A stretch of 60,000 nucleotides of DNA, the filler included, from Sphacelaria rigidula (Eukaryota), in the NCBI GenBank assembly GCA_964200075.2. It is 9 parts of 9 records of this genome, joined end to end, with 100 filler letters (N's around TTAATTAATTAA, not from the genome) between each part and the next. Parts side by side here need not be neighbours in the genome. Positions count along the whole stretch, not along the records: positions 46,747 to 53,323 come from CAXNAA020019252.1; positions 53,424 to 60,000 come from CAXNAA020019253.1; 7 more parts are not named here. One strand, 5' to 3'. Below are positions 47,074-60,000 of the stretch, piece after piece. Each line of letters opens with the position of its first letter. The stretch's first letter is position 1. The notes beneath the pieces are model-generated. The model was not told where the DNA came from, made no database searches, and saw nothing but the letters and a program-made list of their open reading frames with translations. A program made the position numbers and the translations under genes.

Positions 47074-49100
47074 ATGATGCATCAGTTACCCAATATTGTT
47101 GCAATTGGACATCATGTACGCAGTATGGAGCCTGCGTCATCAGCCGCACCAACACGGAGACATTCCAGACCCGATGCTATACAGCGAAAAATCTTGGAAT
47201 CTATCGACAACGCCGTAACGACCCTACGTGAAAGGAATGAGGATGGCGGATCAGAGGAGGATGATGCCATCCGAGATAGGGTTATCACGACGCTCATCGA
47301 CCACAGATACTTTGAGACATTTCGCAAGAAGGGTGTAGTCCATGCCGATGGGCCATTGAATGAAGATATGGTGGCGATCGTCGAGGCCATCAAGGAGATG
47401 AACCAATGGCTATCTACTCCCGCCATTGTAGCCTCGAAGGCAGGGTCACATGCTCGTCGAGTACTCGGCGCAGCAATATCGGTGAGTGGAGGTTCACACG
47501 GAGCCCTCACCCAAGCAATCGGTCCACTACAGAGAACTTTCGTGGGAGAGTGTGCAACCAGAAGAAAACGAGCACTGACTGCCGGAGACGCCGCTGAATT
47601 GTAAGTGCAAGTACGAAAGATATACACTAGCGGCATCCGATATCGCGTACGGAAACAGTGGCGGGTGTGTGGAAAGAGGTCGACACCAAAATAGCGAGCG
47701 ATGGCCACCCATGACATGTGCGCGTTCGTCAATAGATAAATCGGCTGTATTTCGGCATCATGTCAACGACATTGTTCCTTTCATTGTCTATCGTATATAG
47801 ACCTCCTCAAAAAGACCCCATTCATTCGCGACAGGACAGGGAAACGGCGGATACGTTGTGACTGCTTCGACATCCGGAATCTCAAGGAAACAGCGATAAT
47901 AGCCGACGTCATCGACGATAACACGCAACCATCTCCCTATGACACGAAGACGAAACACGACATCAGTGCAGAACGGCATCGCCGATTCCCTGTAGACCGG
48001 TCCTTCCAATCCCTCCAACCCGACAAATGCCCTATGTTGGGCGTGCGGTTTCTGCTGGGCTCCGAGACGGACCTACACGAGAAAGTTAACAATTATTCCG
48101 TACAAGAGGCGGTAAGCTCGACATATTCATCACGTGGAACATACTTGTAACATTCCACGTCACCGCCCGATATCAAATATGACGTCGTTGTTCGCTCCGG
48201 AGCGTATGAGAATGTGTCGAACTCCAGTGTCGACACTCCACCAGTGAACGCGGATAGGACGCCCTATGTCCACAACGCATGACGAGCTTACATAACAAAG
48301 TTTAACAGAGTTGACGCAGCAGCATATGACACCCGACCTGCGAGTCCATCATATGCTAACCCGCGTGGAAGGAGTGTCATACCGTGTTAGGCCAGCCCTC
48401 CCGCCGTGGACCTCGTGTGAAACATCTTTAACTGTCCCGCGCTGCCACCTCCGCGGTGACCACATAATCCCGGGAGGGAAAAGTGGAGACTGGTCACATA
48501 TCAAGATCTACCTTCGCGAAGTTGATACCATTCAATATAGTCAAGCAGACTGCGAGATGCTTTTTGTGCCCACATTGCAACAACGGTAAGCTGATCATGA
48601 GATTGCTCGTGCGAATGTGGCCACGACTCCACTGCGGCGAGACTGCTGGGTCGTCATGCACATGCCGGTGTGATCTTTGCGCCAACGGCGGATGTGCAGC
48701 TTTCCTGCCAACTATGAGCGTTAAAGACGTCCACAGCATGAGAGAGCTCTGCGACAAGCTCCTCTGTGAGAAGGTGAAGCTATACAAGACCACGGGAGGG
48801 AGTGAGGTCACAGCACACCTGAACGCATGTGTAATGGGATCATGCGGAGAATGCGACAAACGTCAACGGCGCTTCTTCGACTGCCCTCGTCATCGACAGT
48901 CTGCGGAAGATGTGGGGAGTATACCGGACATCGATCGAAGATCAGAAATGAGATGAGAGGCGTTCGTCCCTGTGGATGAGAAGGGGAACGAGATTCGGCG
49001 TCCGCAACGGCAGGGCAGACATCCCCGAGCCAACGATGACAACGACGGCGATGAGTCATGGGAGCCCCAAGGAAGGGGGACGCAAACACAATCTCGAAAG
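47074..49100 (+). pseudogene. Decayed Cys-rich transposase N-terminal region, Sola(2)-like
   Basis: ISRSTFAKLIPFNIVKQTARCFLCPHCNNGKL...LCDKLLC...ACVMGSCGEC...MR*EAF (48483-49100) fits the S..TF..L.P..V....C.C....N and C..G.C..C pattern. The upstream 176-aa ORF is probably the same gene. No DDD core seen. Confidence 0.5.
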
Positions 49101-50417
49101 GTGTGTTTTACGTTAATGTGATCTAGATGGAAATAGTCATCTTACGATAAAGAAGGGGGGGGCGGTTCTTGGGCGTCTTCCTGCTTCACGAAAACAAAAG
49201 TCGAACCGTGCTCAACAGCAGCAACGGTTTTTAGATTATTGACCTCATCATTTCAGATCAACGCGCATGCACACATCCATATGCACCGCTTGAAGTTGAA
49301 CACAAGCGCACCGCGAGTGTTGCAGGTCGCCAGCCACACACATGAGACTATTCTGTCATGTCATCAACCCCCACCCCCCTTACGTACTAAGATTCCGCAT
49401 ACCGTGGTGTGATCACAATGTGTAAACCCCTGGTACACAGCCGCTGGGACGGATCAATCGCAGACGTTCAAAAGCGACCACTCGAAATCTCGCCACACGC
49501 GCCTATGGTCGAGACGACCACCCGTCGAGGGAAACGGTCGTCACCACCCCCGATCGTTCAAACAACATTCGGTTCCTTGTTATCTGTCGAGAATTGCCCG
49601 CATGACGAAATTCACTACGTAGATCAACATTCATCGCATCCAGACTATGTCAATAATGCATGTTGGTATCACCAAATATACGTATTCCCACTCGCGTAGT
49701 ATCTCGCGACTTTCACCACTGAGAATAAAAAAAAACTCAGTGCATAGTCCGACACATAACCACCACATCCACCGCATTTATCAAAGCCATCCAAGCCTGT
49801 AGTCATTCAATACGTTTCCGCTCGCCCAGCTTACCCCCCTGAGGCCAGGTTTCGAAACAGGGGATGACGACATCACACGTGAATATCGACATAAATTAGC
49901 GCAAACATGAAAACGGAAGAAGTGTAGCTGCAATCCTTTCCTTAGTGGCGGTTACCGTGAACGATGACACAATGAGGTACCCATTTCCCGCAGACCCCGG
50001 CCTACGAGACGAACGTACTGGAACCCCTCTCATGGTCGTCTCTACCACACATACCATTTGTCTGTGGACTGTCTTTGGTCGAATCAGGCGGTGGTGTGGA
50101 GGAGTGGTTCGGTGCCTGAATTGTTCAAGGCTGTGAGATCCACTGCGGAACGCCTATTCCGTCATTGACGACAAAAAAAACTCCAGCGTGTGGCCATCAA
50201 TGAGTTGATCGCGACTCTCGAAGATGGACACGTGATGAGTCGTCCTACGATAGGGGGGGGGTTGTTTTGAGCCACTTCTCGCTCGAAGGAGCCCTTTCGG
50301 GCCCATCCCAGGATACGCTTGGCGGGCGTATTGGGTCAACAAAAATACAGAACAACAAATCCCCACACCACCATTCGAGGGCTCTCGTTCTCGTACGTCA
50401 CAAGTATATGGGTCTTT

Positions 50418-51040
50418 CTGTGCAACCCAACCCTTTGGCTACCGGACTGCCAGAAAAGGGGTTTTGGGTTACGCGGCCTTCTCGTGAGGCGGTGTCGTTT
50501 TTGGTATTTGGAATGCGCAGACAAGGCCGATTCACGAAATAAATGGCTTCTCCAACCCCCGTGCAGCCGCGAGAGCCCCGTTAGCTAAAGATGTGTGCAC
50601 CCCTAACATAACATCGCGCTGGAGACAGTATCGCAAATCGGCCCCGGGTGGACAAAGCTACTCAATATCAACTATCCAACATGTTGTAAATAGTGGTGTT
50701 CCCCTCCTGGACGAAAATCCGCATCAACAAAATACAGCACGCCAAACCCCCACGCCACTACTCCAGGGTTCTTTTCCTCGTAGCTCTCAAGTAGATGTGT
50801 CTTGCTGTGCAACCCTAACCCTTTGGGAACGGGACTTCCAGAAATGGGTGTTGCACGCGGGGGCCTTTTCGTGAAGCGGCGTCGTTTTCGCTCTTTGTAA
50901 TGTTAGACGAAGCCGATTCACGAAATGGCCTCTCCACTGCCCCGTACAGCCGTGAGAGCCCTGTTACCTAAAAACGTGTGCAACCCCGTCGTTGCATCAC
51001 TCGAGACAGTATCGCAAGCGTGCCCCAGGTGGACAACGCT
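50418..51040 (+). repeat. Two diverged direct repeats of about 235 bp
   Basis: TGTGCAACCC.AACC..CCAGAAA..GCCGATTCACGAAAT..GAGACAGTATCGCAA at ~50419 and ~50806. Confidence 0.8.
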
Positions 51041-51468
51041 GTGTGACATTTTGACCGTCGTTGCCTCCATACACCAAGTATTACCGAGAAACGAAAGAGT
51101 GATGCTGCGATAGGGTCAGCATTTTTGTGGCCAAAACGGGTCTGATTCAGGGGTTCCTCAAATCAGGAACTACACAAGAATATGGGTGAGGATATCCCCG
51201 TTTGCAAATTCATCAGGGATATCCCTAGCAAATTGGAAGAAAAACCCTGGCGTACTCTCACCTATTTCGAAAGTCGTGTTTTGGATGAGATTAAGGGTTC
51301 CTCACAATTCTTATCTCAGGCCGTAAAAGTGAAGTTGTGCAAACGGCACTCGCACTCTGAAAAAATTGCTCTGAAAAATACTTCATAGCGGAAAGTGCAC
51401 CGTTACCGGCTATTTTTCCTTCTACTCTGACTTTAGGATTTGAAAAAAAGTTTTCCAAAACTCTCTAT

Positions 51469-52695
51469 TATTACGAGCTGAGGCACTACACGGACTAAAT
51501 CTGGATATCGCGTCGCAGTTTTTGAGAGTTGTGCTATGAAATTTCGTATGGAGAATCGCTAGTGCATAAAAAAGTCTTTTTTCATTTTATTTTATTATTT
51601 AGAGAAGTTTTGAGGAGAAATGAACATTGCTCGGGCCTTATCTCAACTTTGAGAGTTGCAGTTTGAAACTAAGCATGGAGAACCACAGAGGTATGTTGAA
51701 CAGAAAAGAAATGGGCCTTCATTTGTTTTTGGAGAGGTTCGGGCGTTCTCGTGGGAAAATGGTCGTTGGCTGCCATATACTAAAACGCCCCTGACCAATG
51801 GAAATAAGAACAAACATCAACCTGACGCACTTTGTTTTACCAATAAATATGCCCTAGCGAGGGCACACACCAAAGTTCAATACGAGCTACGCCGGCCGAG
51901 AAGCGAATTTGTAGTTTGCAAGCCATTTGTACGGCCAATATCAAGAGTTGGACCCTAATATTTGGTATGGACAATGAATAGGGCATAATAAAAGCAACAA
52001 CCAGTTCACACAAGAGTTTTTGTTTTCATGAGTTAGGGGCATACCTGATTACTGCCCTCCACTCATGTAAAAAAAAAGCAGCGTTGTGTGCACTGATACG
52101 TTTTTTTATCATGCCGTATTTATTGTTCATACTAAATTCCAGGGTCCATCTCTGAATATTGGCCGATGAATGGGACGTTTAGTGACGGTTTCGGAAGAAA
52201 TTCGGAGCAGTATTTTGCAGGTCACTTACCGGCCCACGTTTCGTATTTGCGTATTGAAACTTTGTGTGGGTCGTGGCTAGGGCATCATTGACGAAACAAA
52301 CTTGGTCGGGTTGATTTTTTTTTCTCACTGGTTCAGGGCGTTTTAGTATGGAAACCGCATTTTTTTTACGAGAACGCTCGAACCTTTCCCAAATAATTAA
52401 CAAACCTGAGGGCCCATTTTTCTTCATTCAGCATACCTCTGTGGTTCTTCATCCCGAGATTCAAATCACAATTCTAGAAATTGAGCTGAAACATTGAAAT
52501 AAGGCCCAAGAGCAGTGTTCAGTTTCCGTCAAAACTGCCCAAAAATACGGAGAAAACGATAAAACTGAAAAAAGCTGTGTTTCTAAGTTTTATGATGCAC
52601 TATAGCGGTTCTCCATACCAAATTTCACAGCATAGCTCTAATAAACTGAGCCGCGATATCCAGGTTTAGTTCATCTAGTGTATCTGCTCGTAATA
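51469..52695. mobile_element. Foldback-type element: about 520-590 bp imperfect inverted arms around a spacer of about 110 bp
   Basis: Paired motifs: TATTACGAGC/GCTCGTAATA, CTGGATATCGCG/CGCGATATCCAG, GAACCACAGAGGTATG/CATACCTCTGTGGTTC, TGGACCCT/AGGGTCCA. Confidence 0.8.
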
Positions 52696-52794
52696 TACTG
52701 ACTCAAGTATAGACACTCATGTACGCTATCTCGAGATAGATTACGAATTAGGTGAGAGTGAAGGTATCTATCGTCTCCCCGTGCTTCAGGAAAT

Positions 52795-53155
52795 GTGTGT
52801 GTTGTTGTTGTGTTGTCCCGTCTATTCTGGACACCGGTCTACACCTTTTGGTATATGTGGGCGCATCAGCCGGGGTAACACAGGAGGGTCAACACTGGAG
52901 CTTTTTCTTTGTTATTTGTTCTAGTACCCCACCTTCCTTCTGCGGTGCTTGCCTTTATTTTTTATCGCGAGAGGGATTCAGCAGGCCCTTTGCCTCGTCG
53001 ACCGTCAAGTCGAATTTTGTTTACCTACGACACAGTCGCTCTCCACTATTATTAGGCATGGTGTGAGAAAATATCCTAGATCGCTCCAAGAATTGAATCC
53101 GCACGACCCAACCGTCGGATGGTTTCGAGGTTACCAACTGAGCCACCGGGGCAAC
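52795..53155 (-). mobile_element. tRNA-derived SINE, full-length-like with (CAA)/(CA) tail
   Basis: Reverse complement GCCCCGGTGGCTCAGTTGGTAACCTCGAAACC..., shared body, ends GGGACAACACAACAACAACACACAC. Confidence 0.85.
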
Positions 53156-54949
53156 CAGCTTGTCCACACAAAAATTCGTCGTCATCCGCTGAATGTATCG
53201 AGCGGGGGGTTCATAGACATTTTTGTATGGACGTTATCTCCGTTAGGTGCAAACAGCCAATCATCTATGTTGAGGATGGTGCTTTTGATTGAGGATGAGA
53301 ACCCGGAGGATTAAAATCTTCGTNNNNNNNNNNNNNNNNNNNNNNNNNNNNNNNNNNNNNNNNNNNNTTAATTAATTAANNNNNNNNNNNNNNNNNNNNN
53401 NNNNNNNNNNNNNNNNNNNNNNNGAGTTTCCCCGCTGCGCTGTGAGCGACCTAGAACTAAAGATCAGAATAATCGTGATATTAGTTACCTCTATGGACAC
53501 ATCGCCAGCCCCATCTCGTAGAAGTTGGGCCAGCAAAGAGACACCACATCAAACACCCTGGGCGGCAGAGTGTGATGGCGCAAAACAAAAGACACGATCG
53601 AAATGGGGTTCTCTGTAACCCTATAGCTTTTCTGAAGGGTGAATGAGGGGTGAAGGGTGCCACACGCTATTCGACCGTCTCAACATGTTGGTATCTCAAG
53701 CTATCTCGTGGAACTCACAGGGACTGCCAGCACATCCGCACCGGGTAAAATTTCGTCAAACAAACTCGAACAAATTATTATGCTACGCACGTCCTCACGC
53801 GTCCAACGACGGAAATCAGATACTTTAGAGAGAGAAAAACAAACGCATCTGGGGGAAACGGAAGGGGCGTTCTCTCCACCGTAATGGTGTCACTTGTACC
53901 ATTAGACAACAGGGGCACGGGGGCTGTTGTGATAGTACTGCTGTGTATCTATGCGAATGCCCGCTTCTTGCCCAGTCGATATGAAATTCGGTAGCTGACA
54001 TGCATAGGAGCAACGTCAATTTCGTGTTGGCGCTAATCTCCTTGCCGATTCACAATTTGTGGTATCACATGGGGGTATCAATCTCAAAGGACGCGTTTGT
54101 TTTCTTGATCCGTTCTGTCTTTCAGTATACCGCGGCCGTTTTAAAATATGAGTTTTAGAATGGAGACATGTCGCCCGAGGGGCCAACAGTAGCTGGGCTA
54201 TTAATTGAACCAGTTTGAGAATGAGTCCCCTTCGAAACTAAGACCTTCTGACACCGCGAACCTGAGTTAGAAAGAGAAGCAAATCAATTCTGCGGCTTGT
54301 GGTGATGAGTGCCTCTCAACATGAAACGAAGACCATGTCATCCATCGCTACACTACGGCAGAGAGCAAGCAGGCTGCAAGCGCGAAACCGAGCTTTCAAG
54401 CGCCATTTGTGTTTCCGACGACGACTTACTACGACTGTCCTGATGAGAATACAAGAAGGCAAACGCGGAGAATTTTCGAAAAACATGATAAAAACTGTCC
54501 GCGTAGACACAGCAGACGATTTTACACACCGTAGCTGCGTACCATGAGTTCCCGGTCGATCGTGCATTTGCTTGTCCCACGCTTGGCCCGTTTTAGAGAG
54601 GTTGCGAGAAAAGTATTTGCTATTGTTTCAGGCGTCATTTTCGTCCATGCAACATTCCATTTCATCCATTCAGGGCCCGTTTGATCGAGTCCAAAAATGT
54701 GAGAACGCGACGTGGTAGTGATGGTGATTATGACGGTTGGTGTTTTTTTTTTCACATGATTCCGATTGGTTGTGAGTTGATGCCACATTCTCACTTCCCC
54801 CAAAATCACTCTCCCGAAAAATAATGTTTGGGGAATTAATTTTCGTGAGAGCGGAGGGACATTCGCATGAGAATGCGACGAGGAACATGACATGGTTGGA
54901 AGGAGTGGGCTATTGAGCTCTTCATGGGACAGACAGTTGGGATCCCGTC

Positions 54950-56430
54950 ACTAGCAGTAGCCACGCGTGGGAGACAGATACACTCCACGTGCACAGTTCC
55001 CCCAGAGAGATGCGCACAGCTATTTTTCCCAGAACCTCGCTGAGTAAGCAAGCATGGACCCATCGGCGGGTAGTACGTACCAGCGCTGTCCAGCACAGTG
55101 GCCATCACTCGCAAGGTGCGTGGGTGTTGTCGCACGGTCAAACCGCGGACCGTCTACGACGAAGAGCAGCAGAAGCAGCATCGGTGCCAGCTGATTCAAA
55201 ACCACCCCCACCCGTACACATTTACTGGCAATAAAGATGCTGCTGCTGCTGCTGCTGCTGCTGCTAGTACTACTGCTTCTTCTCGTGCGGAAGGTGGTCC
55301 GCGTTTCGACGTGCGACAAGACCCATCCACCTGGCGCGTTATTTTCTCCTCCCCACTTGAAATCGATTATGATCTGTTAGCGTGTTGTTACGCTTATATT
55401 GTATCAGTATACTGTTGCAGCATTTCAGTACAAGTACATTTCACTTGTTTTCCCCTGTATTGGACGCTGGCTATATTCGTTTAACGCCATCACCAGCAGT
55501 AGCCACGCGTGCGAGACACACCCGACGTGTACAGCTCGCACAGAGAGATGCACACAGCTGAATCTTTTAGCATCAGCGGGCAGTACGGACCAGCGCTTTC
55601 CGGCATGGTGGCTATCACGCGCAAGGTGTGTGGGCGTTGTAGCACGATTGAAACGCACACCGTCTCTCGCATGAAGAAAAATGGCAGCAGCAGCAGCAGT
55701 ATCGGCACCGGCTGATTCAGACCCACTCCTAGCCGTACACATTTACTGGCAATAAAGATACTGCTGCTGCTGCTTCTCGTGCGGGAGGCGGTCCGCGTTT
55801 CGACGTGCGGCAATACCCATGACCTGGCGCGTTATTGCCCCCTCCTACAGTATTATTTAAAGTAAACTACGATCTGTTTGCGTGTTGTTACCCCCATACA
55901 GACAGTAGTAACATTTTCAGTACGAGTACATATCACTTGTTTTCCCCTGTATTGGACGCTGGCTTCATTCCCATCACCACCACCAGCCACGCGTGCGAGA
56001 CACACCCGACGTGCACAGCTCGCACACAGAGATGCGCGCAGCTATATCTCCCAGCATTTAGCCTAGTGAGCAAGCATAGACCTATCGCCGGATAGTACGC
56101 ACCAGCGCTTTCCAGCACGGTGGCCATCACGTGCAAGGCGCGTGGAGGTTGTAGCACGATCGAAACGCGGACCGTTTCTCATGAGTAAGAACGGCAGCAG
56201 CAGCAGCAGTATCGGCACCGGCTGCCTTAGACCCACCCCCAGCCGCGTATATGTACTGACAATAACGATGGTGCTGATACTGCTGCTGTTTCTTCTTCTC
56301 GTGCGAAAGGCGGTCCGCGTTTTGACCTGCGACAATACCCATACCCCCTTGCGCGTGATTGCCGCCCTCCTTGAAGTCGCTGGTCTGTTCGCGTGCTGTT
56401 TTACTGTCCCTGTATCACTTGTTTCCCACC
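54950..56430 (+). repeat. Three diverged tandem units of about 490-540 bp with CAG/CTG runs; related sequence at ~29860-30140
   Basis: AGCCACGCGTG.GAGACA starts at ~54960, 55501 and 55985; GGTCCGCGTTT.GAC shared with ~29997. Confidence 0.85.
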
Positions 56431-59400
56431 TTAGCATACTTCATTAGAACGGTGTGTGATTTCTCGTGATGATGAAGTTGTGAACCGTCACTTCACTATC
56501 ACTATCACGAAATGATGATAATTTTCCTTGTTTCGTTAAAACACCGCCTTAGTGCGGAGGGGGGGACAAAAAATTCGCATGATGCGTTAACTTACTACTT
56601 CTCAGCAGGAGTATAGTCTGGTACTGCTGCAGCCTTTTGAATCTAAAGTTCAATGACCCCATTGCGCTGACCACTTTGATGTGCACCTGCCACGCTTTCA
56701 GTGGCGATCACATGTTTCTCCATCAATCAGCCGAATTCGGGGCAGTTTAAATCAACCACGTTTGGAGTAATGTGGCTGACTTTTGGCGTTTCCTGCAGAC
56801 CGCGCCACACCCTATCCCGGGGGAACGTGAGGGAATATCAGGCCAACTAACCAGTTGTCACTGTGAGCTGGACCTCTCATGCTACTGATGAAGCGACCCC
56901 TACTCAATACAGTCTTGATGGTGGTCTTCGGTCAACGTTTTAAATTTTCCTGTAAGGCCAAGAATGCGGGGAAGGGAAGGGGATCCGCAGACCGCAGACA
57001 CGGCGTACCACAGGGACCGCGGGCCCTCAACACATCAACACGTGGAGTATACCTTTGACACTTCATAATAGAGTGCATGACAGTACACGACGTAGCTGCA
57101 GGCGAGTACAGTAGTCATAACACGAGCAATCTGCACGAATCACTGCGGTACGGCCAGGTGTCAAACGATTTCAGACCTCTGGGCGACTGACAGTATCAGT
57201 GCTATATAAAAAAAGGGGGAGTCTGTGCTGCCTTGACTGAAAGATATGTCACCCCTTGATATATGCATGTCTTACTTTCCGCTACGTTTACATTGCCAGG
57301 AGGCCGCGACTTTGACCCTCTCCGTGGTATTCATATGTATGGCACTTGTCTCGCTCCTCTCCTCATTTCTCCCACACTTGAAAGAACACTGTTTGCTACA
57401 AATATCGCAATAAACGCAATTCGAGTGTTCGCACAAACATAGCCAGATCTCGAGGTGTCTCAACTATGTTTTCCGTGTATGCGTTCAAGTCAGTTTGCAT
57501 CAGTACATTGGGATCCGGAATTATATGACTTACAGCCCGTTGATTTCAAGAGAACTATGCGAGAACTGAAGTCGAACTGGGATTCCGTGTGCACGTGCTT
57601 CTCTTTCTCAGTTCTTCTTTTCCTCTGTTTCTCTCTTGTTTCCTTTCTCATCTTCTTTTTCCTCTTCTTTTAGTACGGTCTCCCTTCCCTAAGCCGTGTG
57701 GCAGAGAGGGCCTGTTGAGGACGATATCTCGGGAGCGGTGCTAAATGTTAGCCTAGCGTTTCTATCGGTTTTCCTTCTTCGTGTCATCTCCTTTATATTC
57801 GTTCTCATTTTCAATCTGCGCTGTTTGTGCTCTCCTTCCTTTTGATCTTTCTACTTGTTCGAGTCCCCTCTAGCGAGTGTTTCCGCTTCTTCACTTTTCG
57901 TCGTGGGTGCTTGTGCCTTTTGATCACGGCTGGGTTGATAACGGATCGGCCGCTGTGCGACAACTCATCAATACAAAATACAAATCAATGCTGCTTTGAG
58001 TTGAACGTAGCTTACACAAAACAAGTCAAGACACAGACAAAATTGGCGGAAAACCTCAAGTCTGTGGCCTATCGCATGGTACTCGGACGTACGTATAGAG
58101 GAGATACAGTTTTGTTGTGCTGCCACTCCGAGGACTTGTTGATGAATTCGAGGGTAGGCACGTATGGACATTTTACAAGCCGTGGTCGTGGTGTGCATAG
58201 TGGTTGATACTCAAGGGACAAATATGCAATATCCCCTAGTGCACTTGTGCCAAATTTCAGGGTCTAGTTCTAAAAACCCGCGTGAGGAATTGCGGAGAAT
58301 AAATCTTGGGCCTTCACGCTGAACCAGCCTGTAGCTGGCATGAAGGCAAGAGCAACGATACCTGTTTCAACTTCTAACTCGCCGCCGTCCGAAAGGTCAC
58401 TCGGAAATGAACACCTGGGGACATATTAGAAACAGTGATGATTTCCGCGCCCTCGGGAATCTACATACGTGGGATTTTTCGCTCGAGGTTTGAGAGTTGA
58501 AAACTGAACGTTTGAGGAGAGGTTCGAATTGACGGCTTCCAGGTCAATATATTTTGTTCCGAACTTAAGGTAGGGCATGTCTTGGGAAAGTCAGCCAAAT
58601 GGGCCTTACTCCAAAAGGGAAGAAAGAGGGAGATAACTACTTCAAGGACGATTTTGAAATCATCGATCATTGATCTCCACCTTTCCAACATGTCAGGTCC
58701 TTACTCTCATACCTCGAGAGAAATCCATGGTCGCGCTTTTCTGTCTCAATCTGTGGGACCAGCCTCTAGGTGTTATATATAGACCGACTGTTGACCCACA
58801 ATCAGTGCGCCAAGTGTAGCGGTGACATTATTTGAAGTATCGCCAAGTGTTGAGACAAGTAACGATTTGTTACTGAGCCGGCATAATCGTATATTCTTGA
58901 GTGTTGTATAAAAAGAAACAGCTCACCTTCGAAGGGGCTGCTTCTACGGACGGTGATGTACACATATATGCACGGTAGTGCCTCTTGTGCCAAATTGCCA
59001 CAGGGCCGAGGCACCTTGCACGCACAGTAGTGAAGTCGTCCAAATCTATGTTTGGATTGACCGCGCGTTTTGGTCTGTTCACATCGGAAGTTGAGATATG
59101 GTTTATGCCTACCGAAGCTTGACTGTTCAGGCCAAATAGTATCCCCGAGAACACGCACCTGTTGGGGTGGGGCGGCTATAGCTGCAAGCTGGCTTCCAAT
59201 GGACCATTCTCGTCGAATATTGTTGAAAACACCGAGTGGCTGAGTGACGAGTATTTCATACCTGTAAGAACCAGGATCAGGACATTCTGATATCTCGTTT
59301 CATCACTGTTGAGTCTTTTGTGACTCCCTGACCCAGAAAAAATGAGCTCGTTGCAACCACGGCAGCACTCTTGCGTCCCAAATAGTCGGCAAGCCGAATC

Positions 59401-60000
59401 AACTTTGCAAGTAAAGTCCCAACATTCTCCTCCAGTGGTTCGTCGCCTCTACTGGCTCAAGACTCGGCAAGGTGCAAGGTGTTGCTGCCTTGTATATATA
59501 TAGACAGCTCTGCTTCGCATCGCGCTTCCAATTTTCCTATCCTATCTGACATTGGAATGTTACAGGAAAGGGACAGAATAGACAGACGCCTTCAATGAAG
59601 AGCGATGGGACTCGCCTTCTTTGGCGGCATCTGAGCCGCCGGCGTGAAGGAAAGAGAGTGCTAGAGCTGTTAGAGCCCTTATTAACCCTTAGACCCCGAA
59701 GCGGGTAGTTCATCTGGATCACGCATTCTTTTTTCAAGTGAAAATTGATGCCGATTCTGCAGGTCACCTCCTGTCGCGGTCTAGGGGTTAAGTGAACGAA
59801 GGGGATTATCCCCTTTTTCACAATCCCCTTTTGACAGGGGATTGGCTCCATAATGACCAGTCCCCAGTCCTATCGAAAAGCAGTTTTATACAGATTCGAA
59901 CCCAGATCTGCACGCAGGTTGAGAAATGCGGCGGGTCTGAAAGTGGTCGTTGGTCCAAGCAGGTCCAAGGTTTGTGTAATGCTGCAGACAAGACACAACA

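Noticed and set aside
58460..59460. Multi-exon minus-strand gene (splice-like sites at 58927, 59158 and ~59261)
   Set aside because: Could not build a stop-free, phase-consistent model or recognise a domain; possibly a decayed gene.

Overview
Eukaryotic, repeat-rich DNA, most consistent with a brown alga or related stramenopile (long GT-AG introns, (GCACA)n and (CA)n microsatellites, copia gag style). It is not one locus. Nine unrelated contigs of 6577-6578 bp are joined by identical 100-nt artificial linkers (N44-TTAATTAATTAA-N44), so nothing should be inferred across linkers. Host gene fragments: the first two coding exons of a cytosolic-type acetyl-CoA carboxylase; five phase-consistent minus-strand exons encoding a NAK-like kinase C-terminus joined to an ANTH-like domain; and a terminal exon with an NPEKL-type helical motif. 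Contig 4 is a degenerate Ty1/copia element in permuted order (RT-RNaseH, single LTR, gag-PR). It has a half-tRNA(iMet) primer site and two nested LTRs, and both contig ends carry inverted termini of one unclassified TIR element with a shared 4-bp target duplication that rejoins pol in frame. Also present: a tRNA-derived SINE family, several MITE/foldback elements, a Sola-like transposase relic, an intronless USP/C19-like pseudogene, and a short structured repeat ending in poly-C. All calls were made by eye, without database searches.
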